A stretch of DNA of 57,427 nucleotides, filler included, from Bipalium vagum (Eukaryota): the NCBI GenBank assembly GCA_037834085.1. It is 3 parts of 3 records of this genome, joined end to end, with 100 filler letters (N's around TTAATTAATTAA, not from the genome) between each part and the next. Parts side by side here need not be neighbours in the genome. Positions count along the whole stretch, not along the records: positions 1 to 22,337 come from JBBMKC010222789.1; 2 more parts are not named here. The stretch is one strand, 5' to 3'. Made by a program: the position numbers and the translations under genes. A model generated the notes under the pieces. That model worked only from the letters and a program-made list of their open reading frames with translations. It was not told where the DNA came from and did not search any database. Below, piece after piece: positions 1-13,640 of the stretch; position 1 is the stretch's first letter, and each line of letters starts with the position of its first letter.

Positions 1-10
1 AATAATAATA

Positions 11-50
<40 letters not shown>

Positions 51-52
51 TA
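1..52. repeat. (AAT)n microsatellite at segment start
   Basis: About 17 nearly perfect AAT units read directly. Confidence 0.95.
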
Positions 53-623
53 AATTAGCTATTTATATTTTTCAAATATATTTCCGCGGTTATCCGAAAA
101 TTATCAATATCAATATATTTTTAATTTAAAACCGAGTTTCAGAGTCATTCGAAGTGTGTAAGGCATCCCATAACAAATGATTCTTTTCTGAGCAAGGAAA
201 AATTTGATTCTTCGAAGTAATATTTCATATATATTGAAAAATTTGAAAAATAAAACAAATAAGAAATTAAATAAAATAAATAAGTTCGGAAATTTGGATG
301 TACTTTGTAATGCTTCAGACTGTCATTAGATGACTGTGAAATGGCATAAATATAAATTCTCTCTGGCATCTCTTCCTGTCTAAAAAGAAATTGAAATCTC
401 TGTTAGTCAATCATCATCTAGAATACCTCCTTTTCTGAAACAGATGATTCCTCTCACAATTATTAAGACGGAGAACAGGTTTTTTGAAGATGTCAATACT
501 GAATATGAAAAATATGATAGCGCTATAAATTGAGCCTTGGTCATTGTGCTCCCATCAATATATCATATAATTTGAAGGACGAGAATAGTTAACATCATTG
601 ATTAACACCCTTTTTTTCTATTA

Positions 624-860
624 TAAAGTCCCCGCCAACAGTCTTTGGCCACCATGTAAAAAACCCTAGTTTATCTTTTAGTTATTTATTCTTTAGTTAT
701 TTATTTTTTTATTGATAAATTTTGATTAATGATTACCTTCCAAAAAACCATTGTAATCTCCTAAAAATATTAGTGATCGCTTATCATTAATGACTAGAAT
801 CATATAAATGCTTTTTTCTAGAATTTTAAGAGTGGCCAAAGACTTTTGGCGAGGACTGTA
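624..860. mobile_element. Tc1-type MITE (~237 bp, non-autonomous)
   Basis: Left end TAAAGTCCCCGCCAACAGTCTTTGGCCAC (624-652) matches the reverse complement of 832-860, TACAGTCCTCGCCAAAAGTCTTTGGCCAC, at 26/29 including the flanking TA. AT-rich non-coding interior. Confidence 0.85.
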
Positions 861-939
861 CATTTAATTTTAGGTGATTGTTCTGAGATATCAAATGTTA
901 TGGAGAATATAATTTTCATTGGTTTTTATGACATCCCAT

Positions 940-2020
940 TACCCTGAATTCTTGCTTATAAGTATTGTTAAATCAATATCTTTTGAATTTTTTTAATACT
1001 AATGGATACAAATAAAACTCGAAAATCTTATTCAAGTCAACGAAAACTGGAAGCGGTTAACCATGCCGAAAAGTATGGCAATTCAACGAAAAGAGTTGGA
1101 AACGGACGAATAAAACATCCGGCGATGGAAAAAGGAACTCTGTTTTAAAAGTCATGAATCCAAACAAGTGCTGCCGCCGATACCGGAAAAGGTTTTGGCC
1201 AGAATTTGAATTACAACTGCAGGTATGGATTATTGTCAGAAGAAATGAAATAGAAGAGTTCGACCAGTTATATTCGTTTCAAAGCGATACAAATGTCAAA
1301 AGAATTGACATAATCATGAAAAGACATTATTTACCGGTAAGAGCTGCCACACCGATCGGACAGAAATTACCGAATGATTTAAAAGGAAAATGGTAGTATT
1401 TAATCATTTTATGAAAAATGCAATACATGTGATCACTTTGAACAAATCAAAAATATGGATGAGGTGTGCATCAGTTACAATATGCTCAGTGGTTACACAG
1501 CTGAGAGGAAAGGATGGTCTGATATTAAAATAACTACAACTGACATTGAAAAATGCAACTTTACAATTACATTATGCGTTACAGCCAGTGGTGAAAAATA
1601 CGAGCGAAAGTGAAGACTGGATAGTCAATGTGCATCAAAACTTTACGAAGCGTGGATCAATGAAAAAGGTTTCTTACGGTGAAATTACAAATGGATCGAC
1701 GAAAGTTGGAAGGAAGTATTAGATTACATTAAAAATAAATTTAAATCCGCCAATATATGCGAATATCTACACGAAATGTGAACAACTGTAGTATCTTATA
1801 TGACGGGTAGTGACGAAATTGAAAATAAAACCAGCGTGACATTCCAGATTCTTTATAGGATTTGTTTGATAACTTAAATAGAGTTCTGATAAGGAATTTA
1901 GGGGTTTTGATAATTAAATAAATTTGTTTGTAGATAAGCCAAACTCATGTACACGCAGTTGTGTGGGTTCCCCTGAATTCACAAAGATATACCGCAACTT
2001 ATAAGCAAGAATTAAGCGTA
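940..2020 (+). mobile_element. Degenerate, internally deleted pogo-family (POGK-like, DDE_1) DNA transposon
   Basis: Broken frames encode FWPEFELQLQVWI, IMKRHYLPVRAATPIGQKLP and NMDEVCISYNM...IKITTTDIEKCNFTITLCVTASGEK (HTH_Tnp_Tc5 plus first DDE motif). Inverted ends TACCCTGAATTCTTGCTTATAAG and rc TACGCTTAATTCTTGCTTATAAG. Confidence 0.8.
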
Positions 2021-2349
2021 TTTTATGTGAAAAGTCTATAGCATTACAATTTCTAATAATAACATCAGATTTGTATATGAGCAGAATAAAAAGATTCAGG
2101 AATACTTTTGGTTAGGCTTAAGTATGTTAAGTATGCCTCATATATTTTACTTGACCGATATTAATTCAACAGACAGGAAAGAATTTTAGGATGACCTTGT
2201 GGTTAAGGCTTACTCTCAGAACATCCCATTATTAAGCGCCGATAAGTGAGCTCCTAATTCAATGTAATGATATGAATTTATTTTCTTTAGTTATCATACA
2301 TAACCTACTGTGCCCTATAAATATTAAAATAGTTCCATCATATTTTTCT

Positions 2350-3010
2350 TTAGTGGTAGTATGTCAAAAAATGTATTCCATTAAATTAAAACAATGTATA
2401 AGACAATTAGACCAATGAAAAGGATGGTAATTGTTGGTTGAAAATTTAAGCAGAAATTAAAGAATGAAGCAAGTAAATGTTCTATGGAAAACTTTCATAT
2501 TGAAGCAATAAAAACTTTGATTGATGAAGACTGTTGTATTACATTAAGAGTAATTAAAATAAGATTGTAAAAAGAATACGGGGTGTTTGCTTGTGAAAAA
2601 ACAGTGGATTGATATATTGATTCTTTTTCTCATAGTTTTAAATAAACCACATTTATTCCTGCAAGAAAAAACAATGCCGGATCACTTGAAGATCGCTTTG
2701 CATATGCTAATGACTTTTAAACAAATTATCTACAATAAATGAATTAAACATATTTTTTGTGAAAGAAGAGGGGTTTAATCTTAGTATGCAAACCAAGAAA
2801 GGAAAATCTATAACAGGTTCACCAGCTGTGCATAAAGTTTGTGGACTAAGGTCTAGACAATGACTCTCCCAAAAAACTGCTTTCAAGTGAACTACATTTG
2901 GTCAATTTATACTAGAATTATTTGAAAAATTTAAGTCACTCAATATTACTCACGCTGTTATAATATTAGATAAAGTTCCTTTTCACTAACTTTACGATAT
3001 TCCTGAAATA
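2350..3010 (+). mobile_element. IS630/Tc1-like transposase relic
   Basis: Interrupted peptides HIEAIKTLIDEDCCITLRVIK, TTFIPARKNN...RFAYANDF and IFFVKEEGFNLSM, with many stops. Boundaries approximate. Confidence 0.6.
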
Positions 3011-4360
3011 TTTTATATTATAGTCAAAGGTACGGATTAATATTCCAATATGGTTGAATAACTTTCCTGATATTGATGGTTATTAAGGATATTCAGTTTA
3101 GTATTTTTTTAATAAAATTATATGAATTGTGTTTTTTCAATTGTTTTATCTTTTTAACAAAGCAAATGCGTTTAGTTTATTTTTTAATTTTGAGACTGAA
3201 TTACGAAATGATTAAATGACATGACAAAAATACAAAATTACAGTAAAAATTTATGAAATGACATGACAAACCTTATATTATTACTATTATCAAAAATATT
3301 ATTTATTATTTTTTTCTTCACTGCTTTCAATAAGAAATGGAACAAAATTATATTATATTTGTAGGACCTGTAATCTATGGAAATGCAACTTAATGTCAAA
3401 ATATAATTAAATGTTACAAAAGCCTCAAGTTATACTACACGTGCGTCTGGACTATTGAACTTCTTGGGTGTGGTTAGACGAAAAGACTTTAATCATACAT
3501 AATGAAGCTTTCTTTCAATCATGTTTTTGAGAATTTATTGACAGTTTACCACAACAGGTTTCATCACTGGACATCTCATATCATGGGTTGGAGAATTATA
3601 AGTCAACTTCGTATTAATTTAAAGTCATACCTTTTATCGGAATACCATACTAAGTTACCTTTGATGCATCTATCATTTCAATAACTTCTCCTTAACTTTG
3701 GAAGATAAACTAAGTCCAGCATTTAAGTTTTCTTTGGGACGAGAAACGATTGTCGTAGAGTACACGGCCGCTTAAAAATGAAAACGCCAGAATCTAGACA
3801 TCAGATTGATAATAGATCAGCTGCTTGGAACTCTTTTGACTTTATAAGTTAGTACATCAACATGAAGACAGTTCCTCTCAGCCCTCTAGTCTTTTCACCT
3901 CATCTTCGTCGATTTCTGATTTGAAAACATCTTTGTTACCTTCACACTTCAAATGACCGCAGTAAATCCATATTTTTCAAGGGTGATATTTTATCTGTCC
4001 AATTTCAGACACAACAAATTAAGAAAATGAACCAGCAAAGTCAGATTGAACTTCACTAACTGAAGGATGAAGATCAATAAGTACATTGGTCAACTCATTC
4101 TGCACCAACCGATGTGCTACAAAAGCCAATCCTCGTCATGCTTTGGTGTGTCGATATATATTAGTCATCATCGATTGAATTTTTCCCAATCCGCCATGGA
4201 CATGTATTTGTGAGACATTATTGAGTCACTCAAAAAATGGATCATTTCTGTTGAATTTTTCTTCTTTTCGTATCTATTTTCATTGGATAAAAAAAGTAAA
4301 TATAATTCTTAAGTAACCAATAAAGGAAAATTATTATTATTAGATTGAACACAATATAAT

Positions 4361-4625
4361 ATGCAAAATGAAATCGGAAATTACGTCGATATTTTCATCT
4401 ATAGAAAGTGCTTTGCCATCAACAGAACTGACGGACCTAAAAATCATGTCTCCATCAAAATTTTCTTTACCAGATTTGATCTCGAAAAGTGATGTGGTGA
4501 ACAGAATAGCTTGAAATGAAATTTCTCGAAAATACGGACAGATGAATGAATCCGATGATTGCATCAACCGATTATCTTCAAAAGACAAAATGGTGAGCGA
4601 AATATTATTCAGTAAATCACATTAA
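4361..4625 (+). pseudogene. RPS21: 40S ribosomal protein S21 pseudogene (intronless, frameshifted)
   Basis: ATG4361 gives MQNEIGNYVDIFIYRKCFAINRTDGPKNHVSIKI (compare [34 protein letters not shown]). After a TGA and a frame change it reads QMNESDDCINRLSSKDKMVS (compare [20 protein letters not shown]), ending at TAA 4623-4625. Confidence 0.8.
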
Positions 4626-6879
4626 CGTTTTTTGACAAAATACTATTATTTACGTAATTGATACTTTAATACTTCATTTATAATTCATACTTTTATAAAA
4701 CTCAAGACGCGTAAAAATTAACATCTACTACGATTTATCAAGTCTTTTTCCATGATGATATATATTTCAAATAGTTAATAAATAAATCAATACATTTCGA
4801 ATATATCAATTCAAGGGCTTTTTGTTGAAGAAATTAATTTTCACATAAATTAAAAGTATTAATTTTATATAAATAAATTTTTTTAGTTATTAGGTCGAGA
4901 AATAAACAATCTAAATTTCCAATTCATAATGTAAGTATTGTAACTTTAACAAATCAAATTAAATTTGTTTTTCAGATTAAATTTATATATTTAAATGGTA
5001 AAAAAGTTCAAAAATAATAAACCGAAAATGAAAACTTTGTTTCCCTCAATGTCCAATATGTGAACAGAAAATATAAACATTCGGCATGGTAATTTATATT
5101 AATTTCAGCAAGCAAAAATTTAAGAGGATCAAATGGATAATTTTTCGGTATTCTTGACATGAAGTAAAACAAATAATATGTGCACTTTTTGATTCAAATG
5201 ATTGATTGAATAACCTTTTTTAATAATCACAAAGGAGATATGACTGAAAAGAACAAAACACCATAAAAAACAGATATCATATACTATTTAGATTAATTTA
5301 CTCTTCAGATCAATCGGATTTAATTTACTCTTCGTAGATGGTTTAGAAAGGGGCTAATGCCAAGTGATCAATCGAAATCCAATCCAAATAACCGATTAAC
5401 CTGTATTTAGTTTTAAACATTCTTTCCATAGTTTTTAAAATCGCTACAGTCTAAAACTGCCTGTTATTATGATTGTGATCAAAATGTTAAAAACAGATCA
5501 TTTGACATCAAAATAAAATATCAATGCTAAGCTAAACAACATTACTTTTACAAATCATTTATTTATTTTTATTTTTTAGAATCTTGAAACTTTTTATGAG
5601 GCACCTCTTTGAGGTTTTTACTTAGCATTTCACAGAACCCCTGGTTGAAAAATTCTTCCAGCTTGCTAATTCTACCAGTCCGTTAAAAAAACTCAATACG
5701 TAGAAGATGTCTCAATCTGTTTTTAAACAAGTCTTTTAAGAATAAACGCCTATTAGTAATAAGTAATAATAATTTATTCTTTTTCAGTTTGGACAAGAAT
5801 CAGTTGACTATATTGCAGAAAGGAAAATCTTTATTATTATGATTAATTTTTTCTTATTGTTATTATTAGCATCATTATTATTTTTATATTTTATTTGTAT
5901 TATTCCCTTTATTTCAGGGGAAAATCCCAGCAATATTTAAAAAGTTTTTAATGAGAAAAATCAACATATTGTGGAAATGTATTTGAAAAAAGGGAGACAT
6001 TAAATATTCAGTTAGATTATCTCAATTATTTTTCTGATTTACCTTTAAGATCAATTAGTTATAATTCAATAGTTTTGTTTTCTAAAGAATATTAAATCGA
6101 TATATTATCAATGTAAAAATTAAAACATTTTATGGATAAAATGGAATTTGAAGATTTATACATTTTTACGAAAGAAAATGAATATTATTATTTAAAAGGT
6201 GATATAAAAATTTGGTTTTATTATTAAATTATTTTATTTTTACCAAAAAACCGTGTCATCCATTATATTTCTTAATGGGATTAAAACATTAACACCTCAG
6301 TTAACAACTTTGATTATTTACTTTTATTCTATTCTTTCACAAATTTTATTTTGACTAATAAAGGTTATGAGGGAAAAATATTTTAGTAGATTCTGATAGA
6401 ATTAAATAAGATGATATTAAAGAACGTGATTTAAAACAATAATGAATGCTAAGATAAAAAAGATAGACAACAAATCTGGTTTAAAGTATTTAGAAAATGA
6501 TAAGTTAAGTCTCAAATAAGGTAGTACCAAAAAATCAGATAAAAGATATTCAAAGTTCAAATTTGTTAGTATATATTTTATTCGCACATTCTCTGTTTAT
6601 TCTGAAGATTGATAAGAAAAAAGTGAACCAGTGAAACAGTAACATGTCAAATGCAAGCTCTTAGTGCAAATTACAACAAGCGGGGAAAATTTTGGAACCA
6701 AATCTTTGATTTCTGATTTTAGTTTGGTTTTTGAAAACATTCACAATACTCCTGGACAGTTTCGTAAAAATTTTAAAATTGTCTCGATTTGGAAAAACAT
6801 CAGATAATATTATTACAAAATTTATGATATAATTACTAATTCTTTTAATCATTTATGATAATAAATATAATGAGACGTG

Positions 6880-7145
6880 ATCGTGCTAGTAGTCTTTGAA
6901 AGGAATCATAGGAAATTAACTACTGGAACGTGTGGAAATAATTAATAACTTGACATCGCCACACAAACATATGTTCCTGTCACTGCATAATTTTCTTAAT
7001 CGAGTTGATTTGTGGTTTGAAAAGAGAACTATGAAAATTACATCTTACGGTTTCTAGATTAAAAATGCTACTACAGTGATGGCATAAAATTTACTAAATG
7101 AATGGCGAAACACTATCGAACAAAATGGAACATATTTAATTTAAT
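6880..7145 (+). mobile_element. mariner transposase C-terminal relic
   Basis: Fragments HMFLSLHNFL, YYSDGIK and WRNTIEQNGTYLI* resemble the mariner C-terminus. Confidence 0.55.
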
Positions 7146-7506
7146 ATCTTTTATTTATTTTATTATTTGAGTAAAGAATAAGGTCTCCGAGTTCTTCCAA
7201 ATGTATAATTTATCATCGTGATAAGTAAATGTAAAATATAACATATCAGTCCAAAAGACCCGTGACAGCCAAATGTCATGTTGGAAAGTAATGTTAAGAC
7301 TTGTTGTGAGCTAAAGCGTTAATGGAATAACAGATGACTTACACTAATCAAATTCACAAATAGGTGATTCTCTTCAATGTCTTGGGATGATTGTCAAATG
7401 AAATTAATACATATACTCTTTGGCATCTTTTCCTCTCTATTAGAAAGGGGGAATTTCTACCGACCAATCATCATCGAAATTACCTTGTATATATATACTA
7501 AAACTG

Positions 7507-8503
7507 ATGCTCCATCTAACAGTTAGAATGTCAGAGGTGAAAGTTTTCAAAGAAATTCATATTTGGTATGTTTTAACCATTTCATTATGCTTTTTTGGGG
7601 TTTTCGGAAATTTTTTGTGTGGATCAATAATAGTTTTATCCAAATCATTATGGAAATCGGCTTTTTATAGAATAATCCTTGGAATAATCATTCCTGATCT
7701 CATAACAAACGCAGTTTGTATCCCATTTGAATCAACACAAAACTACTTGAAAATCCACAGGAATGAGTCGATGGGAAACGACGTTGGTTGCATGGTTGAA
7801 GGAACAATTTATAGTATGACTGTGTCCATTTCGAATATGAATAAGCTGATAGCGGCTGTATATCGCTCATGGGCCGTCGTTTTTCCTTCAAGTTACCGTT
7901 TAATTTCCAAGATGAAAATAGTTACAATATTGATTTTAAGTCTATCCTTCGCTCCGACGTTTATATTTTGTATTTGTGGTATAAACACCCTTATCTGGTA
8001 CGCTGTGGATCCCATGATAGGAGAATGCATTGAAATGTCACCAAGTTTGGTGGTGAGTGTAATTAGAGATTTTTTCTTCTATCATATCCCAATGTACTTA
8101 GGATTTTTTTTATATTTGTCCATTATAATCAAATTTGTGATGATAAGATCGGATAAGACTTTGATAAAGGATACGATAAAGAGAGCTAGGGGAAGTTTAG
8201 GTTTAGTGTTGAGCATGATGATATACTGTGCGTGTAATATCGTTTACTGGGCGGATAATAATTCTGCAGATTATGGACAGAACTTTAGTAAAAACATGTG
8301 GTTAAAATTTACCCTGAGAGCATCTTATGGCATAGCACCGGTGAGTTAGTTCCAATTTCAATTTAATAATATGAAATTATTCCTTTTAGATATTATACAT
8401 AACCCTCGACAAAAATGTTCTAAGAAGTTCAAAGAATTTTATCAAAAATTCAATCAAAAATTTAAACAACCATGTTTCGGGAAATACGACCTCCGTAAAC
8501 TGA
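7507..8503 (+). CDS. Divergent class A (rhodopsin-like) GPCR, copy 1; exons 7507-8340 and 8390-8503
   Basis: Seven hydrophobic segments, with TM1 GN (FGVFGN), TM2 Asp (IIPDL), Cys at the top of TM3 (VGCMVEG) and a Cys in ECL2. A 49-nt GT..AG intron at 8341-8389 joins YGIAP to ILYITLDKNV, giving an NPxxY-equivalent TM7 and helix 8. Stop TGA at 8501-8503. The start could be ATG7528. Confidence 0.88.
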
Positions 8504-9959
8504 CATTTGCAGCACCATTTATTTATCTTCACCGTCAAGACTTTAATGCGATCATTGATATTTTATAGTACATCTGTCATTAGTTAATTAATTAGAATTA
8601 ATAATCATTAATTTTACGAATGAAAAATATATAATTAGCATAGTTTATTCTTCAAAATGTTTCATTTTTCTCATTTCACGTGTGTCGTTATTGGAATCAG
8701 TAAACCAATTTTACAAAAATATTTTAAAAAATGAATGAAACTTTTGTTTTCTTAAAAAATAAAATTTTTGAAACTGAAAAATTTTAAAAAATAATTTTGT
8801 AAAAGTTTAAATAATTATGCAAATTTTATGATGATAACCCAATAGTAACTTTGTTAAGTAAAAACAAATTAAAAGGAAACATTATTAATTCTGGTATTAT
8901 AATAAATTTTGGGCAAATTAAACATTTTAATATTAGATTTATTGATTCTATTAATTTTACATTATATCCATTAAAAGCTTTTCCAAACTTCGATTTTATG
9001 ATATATTATTCTAATACACCGTAAGCCAATTATTGTATTGGTGTTCATCTAGATTTAAAACAACTCAAAAAATATTTAAAAGAATGTTATTAAGAAAAAA
9101 TAATTTTTTATTTTCCAATTCAAATGTGAAAAGGATATTTACTGTACTAATTTTTAAAGTTTAAATGTATTTCAAAATTAATTTATGTTTCGAAGTACTT
9201 TAAAAAGTATAAAGAATAAATGTTTAAAATTATATTAAAGAGTATAATAACTAATTAAATATTTATTAATTAAATAATTATAAATTGTATCAAAATCAGT
9301 AGTTAACAGTTTAGATAGAATGTTTTATAATAAAAAGATTATAAAAACGTTATCTGATGATATCGCAATTACTAAACTTTGGAGTCCAACGTTTTAAATA
9401 TGAAAACATTTCAATACATAACGACTGCTGATATTTGTAACAAAAAATGTCTAGGATAAATAATAATGAAGTTGGAATATTTAAATTAAATGATTTTGAT
9501 GGTGTATTCTGATAGGTGTATACATTGGCCAGAATATATAACTTAAAATTATGAAATATTCAACATGCAAAAGGAGAAGGAGGAGAAAAAATTCTGCAGG
9601 GTTAGTAATAAAAGAGAAAAAAATGGTGGTTTCTATTATAACTAACGAAATAAAAATAATTATATTTATTAATTTAATGATTGTTCTTTTCACATCTGTT
9701 TAAAATTATATAATGAAAATGACATTTAGAGCAGAAAATAAAGAAATGGAATTTTAAAATGACAGAGCATTTTAAAGAAAATATTATATATTGTTTAAAT
9801 AACACAAATTTAAAATTGTACCTTATAGAATTATGGGAATAGAAATATGATGAAATTATCAGGTTAAGGGAAAAGTATTGCCTCTCTTTCATTTCAGAAA
9901 TTAAGATCCGATAAGTCACTAAAAAAATGAATTAATCAAAATATACACTATTGGCATCT

Positions 9960-10300
9960 ACAACATTTTGCTAAGGGTTTAACAGTTTCTTTAAAAGTCT
10001 GGGTCACTAGATTTAATAAATGCAGCAAAGTATGTTGAACATCATCTTAATTGTTGAACTGCTTATTTCTTAGGAAATTGACAATTAACAAAAATAGACG
10101 ATAATCTGTGGGAGTTTTATCTGGGGAATAATATGGGTGAGGTAAATTTTCGTAATTAAGTTCCTGTAATTTGTAGAGTCAATTTAGTAACTGGCGGCCA
10201 AGCATCATCGTGCAACTTCATCGTACCAATACCCACGTCTATATAAAGAGACGGCTATTCCCAGAAATTTGCATAGAATAAAGCGACATAAGAAGTTTTA
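9960..10300 (-). mobile_element. mariner relic (catalytic region)
   Basis: Minus strand LHDDAWPPVTKLTLQ (HDNARPH equivalent) followed by a degraded PHPxYSPD region. Boundaries approximate. Confidence 0.55.
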
Positions 10301-12616
10301 AATTATTATTTTTCTGAAATATTTTTTTATTAGAGATTATTTGTTTCAGTAAATTTCATTCTTTTCCAGTTGTGACACATATGCAAAGGCTTAATCTAGA
10401 AATAAAGTATAATTGAGGGAGTTTTGATTTAATTAGAGAGCGGTTAAAGTTTTAATGTGAGTTTTTTTATTTAAATTAAGTTTCAATTTGTGGAGCTATA
10501 ACAATAAAACGACCACAACATTGTTAGATGAGAAGTTATTGATTACGAGCGAAAGTTACTTTGATAGGGTATAATAGTAACAATGCCATTGAAGAATTGA
10601 TAATTACCTTGAAGATTATTTAAAATATTGTAGAAAGTGAAACACTATTTCTGGTATACTCAAAAATAAAATGCAACACTTCAATTGGAAATGGAAGTTA
10701 AATTAAAGAGTATTGACTTAATTAAATAAAATCAAGTGGTTCAAGGACTGTTAAATTTAGTATATAAAGATATTTATATATTTAGTATCAACATATTTCC
10801 GAGATAATATATTGATTGTAGCAGCATTGTTTCCACTATAGAACTACAAAATGAAAGGTGAATAAAAATGGATCACTGAAATGTGAAAAAGTTTCATCAA
10901 AGAATCTAATCTGAGTACTTCAAGCTGAAATCGGCCTCTCCAATCAGATATCCGTCCTCTATTATCCATTTGTTCTGATAAAATTTTTTCTTCAATAAAA
11001 ATTTTTAATTTTTTCTTATTATTTTTTGTCAAATTAGAGAAATATTGTTTTTAAATAGAATATTTTTAAAGTTGATAACTCTGTTCCAAACAGGTCCTTT
11101 GTATCTATGATGAAAGTAAAATGTTGATGTTTCAGAAACTCTTGTCTACTCCGTCCTTTTTATTAATAACAAAACAAATTTGAAAACGCGGCCATCATTT
11201 GAAATAGGGGGTTGTATGTTGTGTCCAGATATCGTGGTTCAAAGATCTCATGAACTGATTTCAAAATATCTTGAGTTATGGGTACGCTTAATATGGGAGT
11301 GACAGACTTTCTTAAGGTTACCAGTCAAAGAAGTGAGTCAAAGCCTAAAGGGATGTAAAACAAAAGGAAATGAATTTATTAACTGTGACGAAAATGCTGC
11401 CAAAGTAATAATATTACATTACATAACGTAAAACTTTTCATATTTTCAGGAAGCATCATTAAAAGCATTCAAAAATAAACATTTGCGCCAAGTTCCAGAA
11501 AATTGGAAAGGAAATAAACAAAAATCGTAATGGTTTCCGGAAAGAAAGTATTACTTTCGTTCTTCTTTGATTTTACCAAGATTCCGGAGGAAGAAGGTGG
11601 TGTAAAATGAAGTTTTTCTTAATTATTCATAAACATTTATGTTCTGAAAAATTTATAATTATTACTTTTATAATTTGTTTTAATCAATTAATTAATTTGT
11701 TAATTAATCCAATTCTCGTTCGGTTTCAATTTAAACAAATTAAGAGGTCCCTGCAAAAACATTTACGTTATCTTACATTTTATATAACCTCATTTTAACA
11801 ATTCCGTAACCATTCTTTTCGTTTCTTACCTCTATTCTCATAATTATTTGATAATGTTTATTTGTCTAAGTATCATCTGCACCCAGACCGAACCTTTAAA
11901 TAAATTCCAATGTATGTTGAAATATTTTCTTTTTTCTCTCTTTCAATCTCTTATTGTAGATCATTCGTTGTTTGAAAAGGTTTTTTTAAAAATAATGGAC
12001 TGATGCAAAAAAGTGTTTTACTAAAATGGTGACATAATCAATGTGAGAAGAAGGCTGTGAAAGCAAACAGTCTGATATTATCCAGCGCATCAATAACACC
12101 TCCTATAGTAGACACAAGAAAGCGGATGTCATGCTTATTCAACTACATGCCTCAAGAAATGTTGAGACCCTGAGGCCATAACAGGCACCTCATCGAAAAC
12201 GTGTCACCAGAAGATACCCAGTATTGCGTCATACTCTACCATGTTGGACTCATACTTTTGGTGTCTAGTCAACTTTACTTGCAGTTAATTCTTGAATGAA
12301 GAGAGAAAATCACAGATGTATAGCCAAACGCGACATCACATTAATTGCAGTCGGTAAATAAAATGTATACTTTATTATTTATACTTATCTTGGTTCCTTT
12401 AATAACAGTAAAAAATGAAATTATTCAACTTTCAAAAATCTGTTTCTCCTCACTTTTATATTTGCCCCTCTGTCTAAAACTTAATTAATATTTTTTTGAA
12501 GAATTTTGATCTTAACACTGAGTCTAACTAATATTACGTACTTTGACATTCATTTATCCGTCTCTTCTGACGTCATTATTCGGCTATCAACATTCGCATC
12601 ATGAATATCTACTTTA

Positions 12617-13640
12617 TATCAGGTAACGAACAACGTTTTTTCGTTTTTTATTTAAAAACTAAGCTAAGGCTGAATAAGTTAAATTTAATTTATTAATCAT
12701 AAAACATTATTAAACAATTAATCATCTTTTTCTATTACTGCCTCCCATCTATTTAGAAGTTTATTGATCGTAGTATTAAAGAAATCTCGATCTTTTAAAT
12801 AAAAAAAAAGAAAGTACTTCGTCCTTTATACCTTCGGAACTCTTAAACCTCTGTGATTCTGTAATACCCGGAACAAATAAAAATCGGATAATGCGATATC
12901 TGGACTATCTGGCGGATATTCTATTAAAGTCCAGTTCAAATCCTGAATAACCTTAAATGTCTTCATCAATTTGTGAGGCTTGGCATTATCTTGGTGGAAA
13001 ATCACTTGTTTTCGGTTTATCAAACTACTCCGGTTTTCCTTCATAATGGCATGAACTCTTCTTAGCATGTCACAATAGACATCAGTATTAATGGTTTCCC
13101 CGGATTAGAGAAACTCATATTGAATAATAATGTCACAAGAATCTTGTTTCGTGTAAGATTGCGTTTTTCAATTTTTTGCAGAGGCTATCCCTTCAAAGAC
13201 CACGATCTTCGTCTGGTTATCCTGTCATGATAGATCCACTTTACATCTCAAGTCATTATCCGATCGAGAAAAGGATCATTGCGGTTTCTTTCCAGAAGTC
13301 TTGAACAAATTTTAATGTGATCGAACTTATTTTTTTCAGTTAGTTGGTTGGAACAAATTTGTCGAGTTTACAACTGAACCCTAACGCTTTCAGTTTGTTT
13401 CTAATAACTGTATCACTTATATTTAACTCAGAAGTGATTTATTTATCAGTAATTGATCTATTATGTTCAAGAAAGTCCATAATTTGATAATCCTCTAACT
13501 CCTGAGTTTCCAGACCTCTCTTTGTCTTCCAATGAAAAATCGCCACTATTGAATTTTTTGAACAAATTTTGCACTGTTCACAGTGCATTGTTCCTTCACA
13601 AAGCACCTCGTTAAGTTTTGAGACAGTTTAATTTGTGCTC
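12617..13640 (-). mobile_element. Degenerate mariner element
   Basis: ORF 12826-13068 carries FHQDNAKPH and YPPDSPDIALSDFYLF. Upstream broken frames include NDPFLDRIMT. TIR-like end TATCAGGTAACG at 12617. Confidence 0.85.

Noticed and set aside
4480-4520. TGA recoding or alternative genetic code suggested by internal TGAs in RPS21
   Set aside because: A frameshift co-occurs. The intact genes use TGG for Trp and TGA as the terminal stop.
4340-4588. 82-aa minus-strand ORF
   Set aside because: Antisense shadow of the RPS21 pseudogene, with a non-ATG start.
8371-8568. 65-aa ORF after GPCR copy 1
   Set aside because: It starts inside the intron and is out of frame with the true exon 2.
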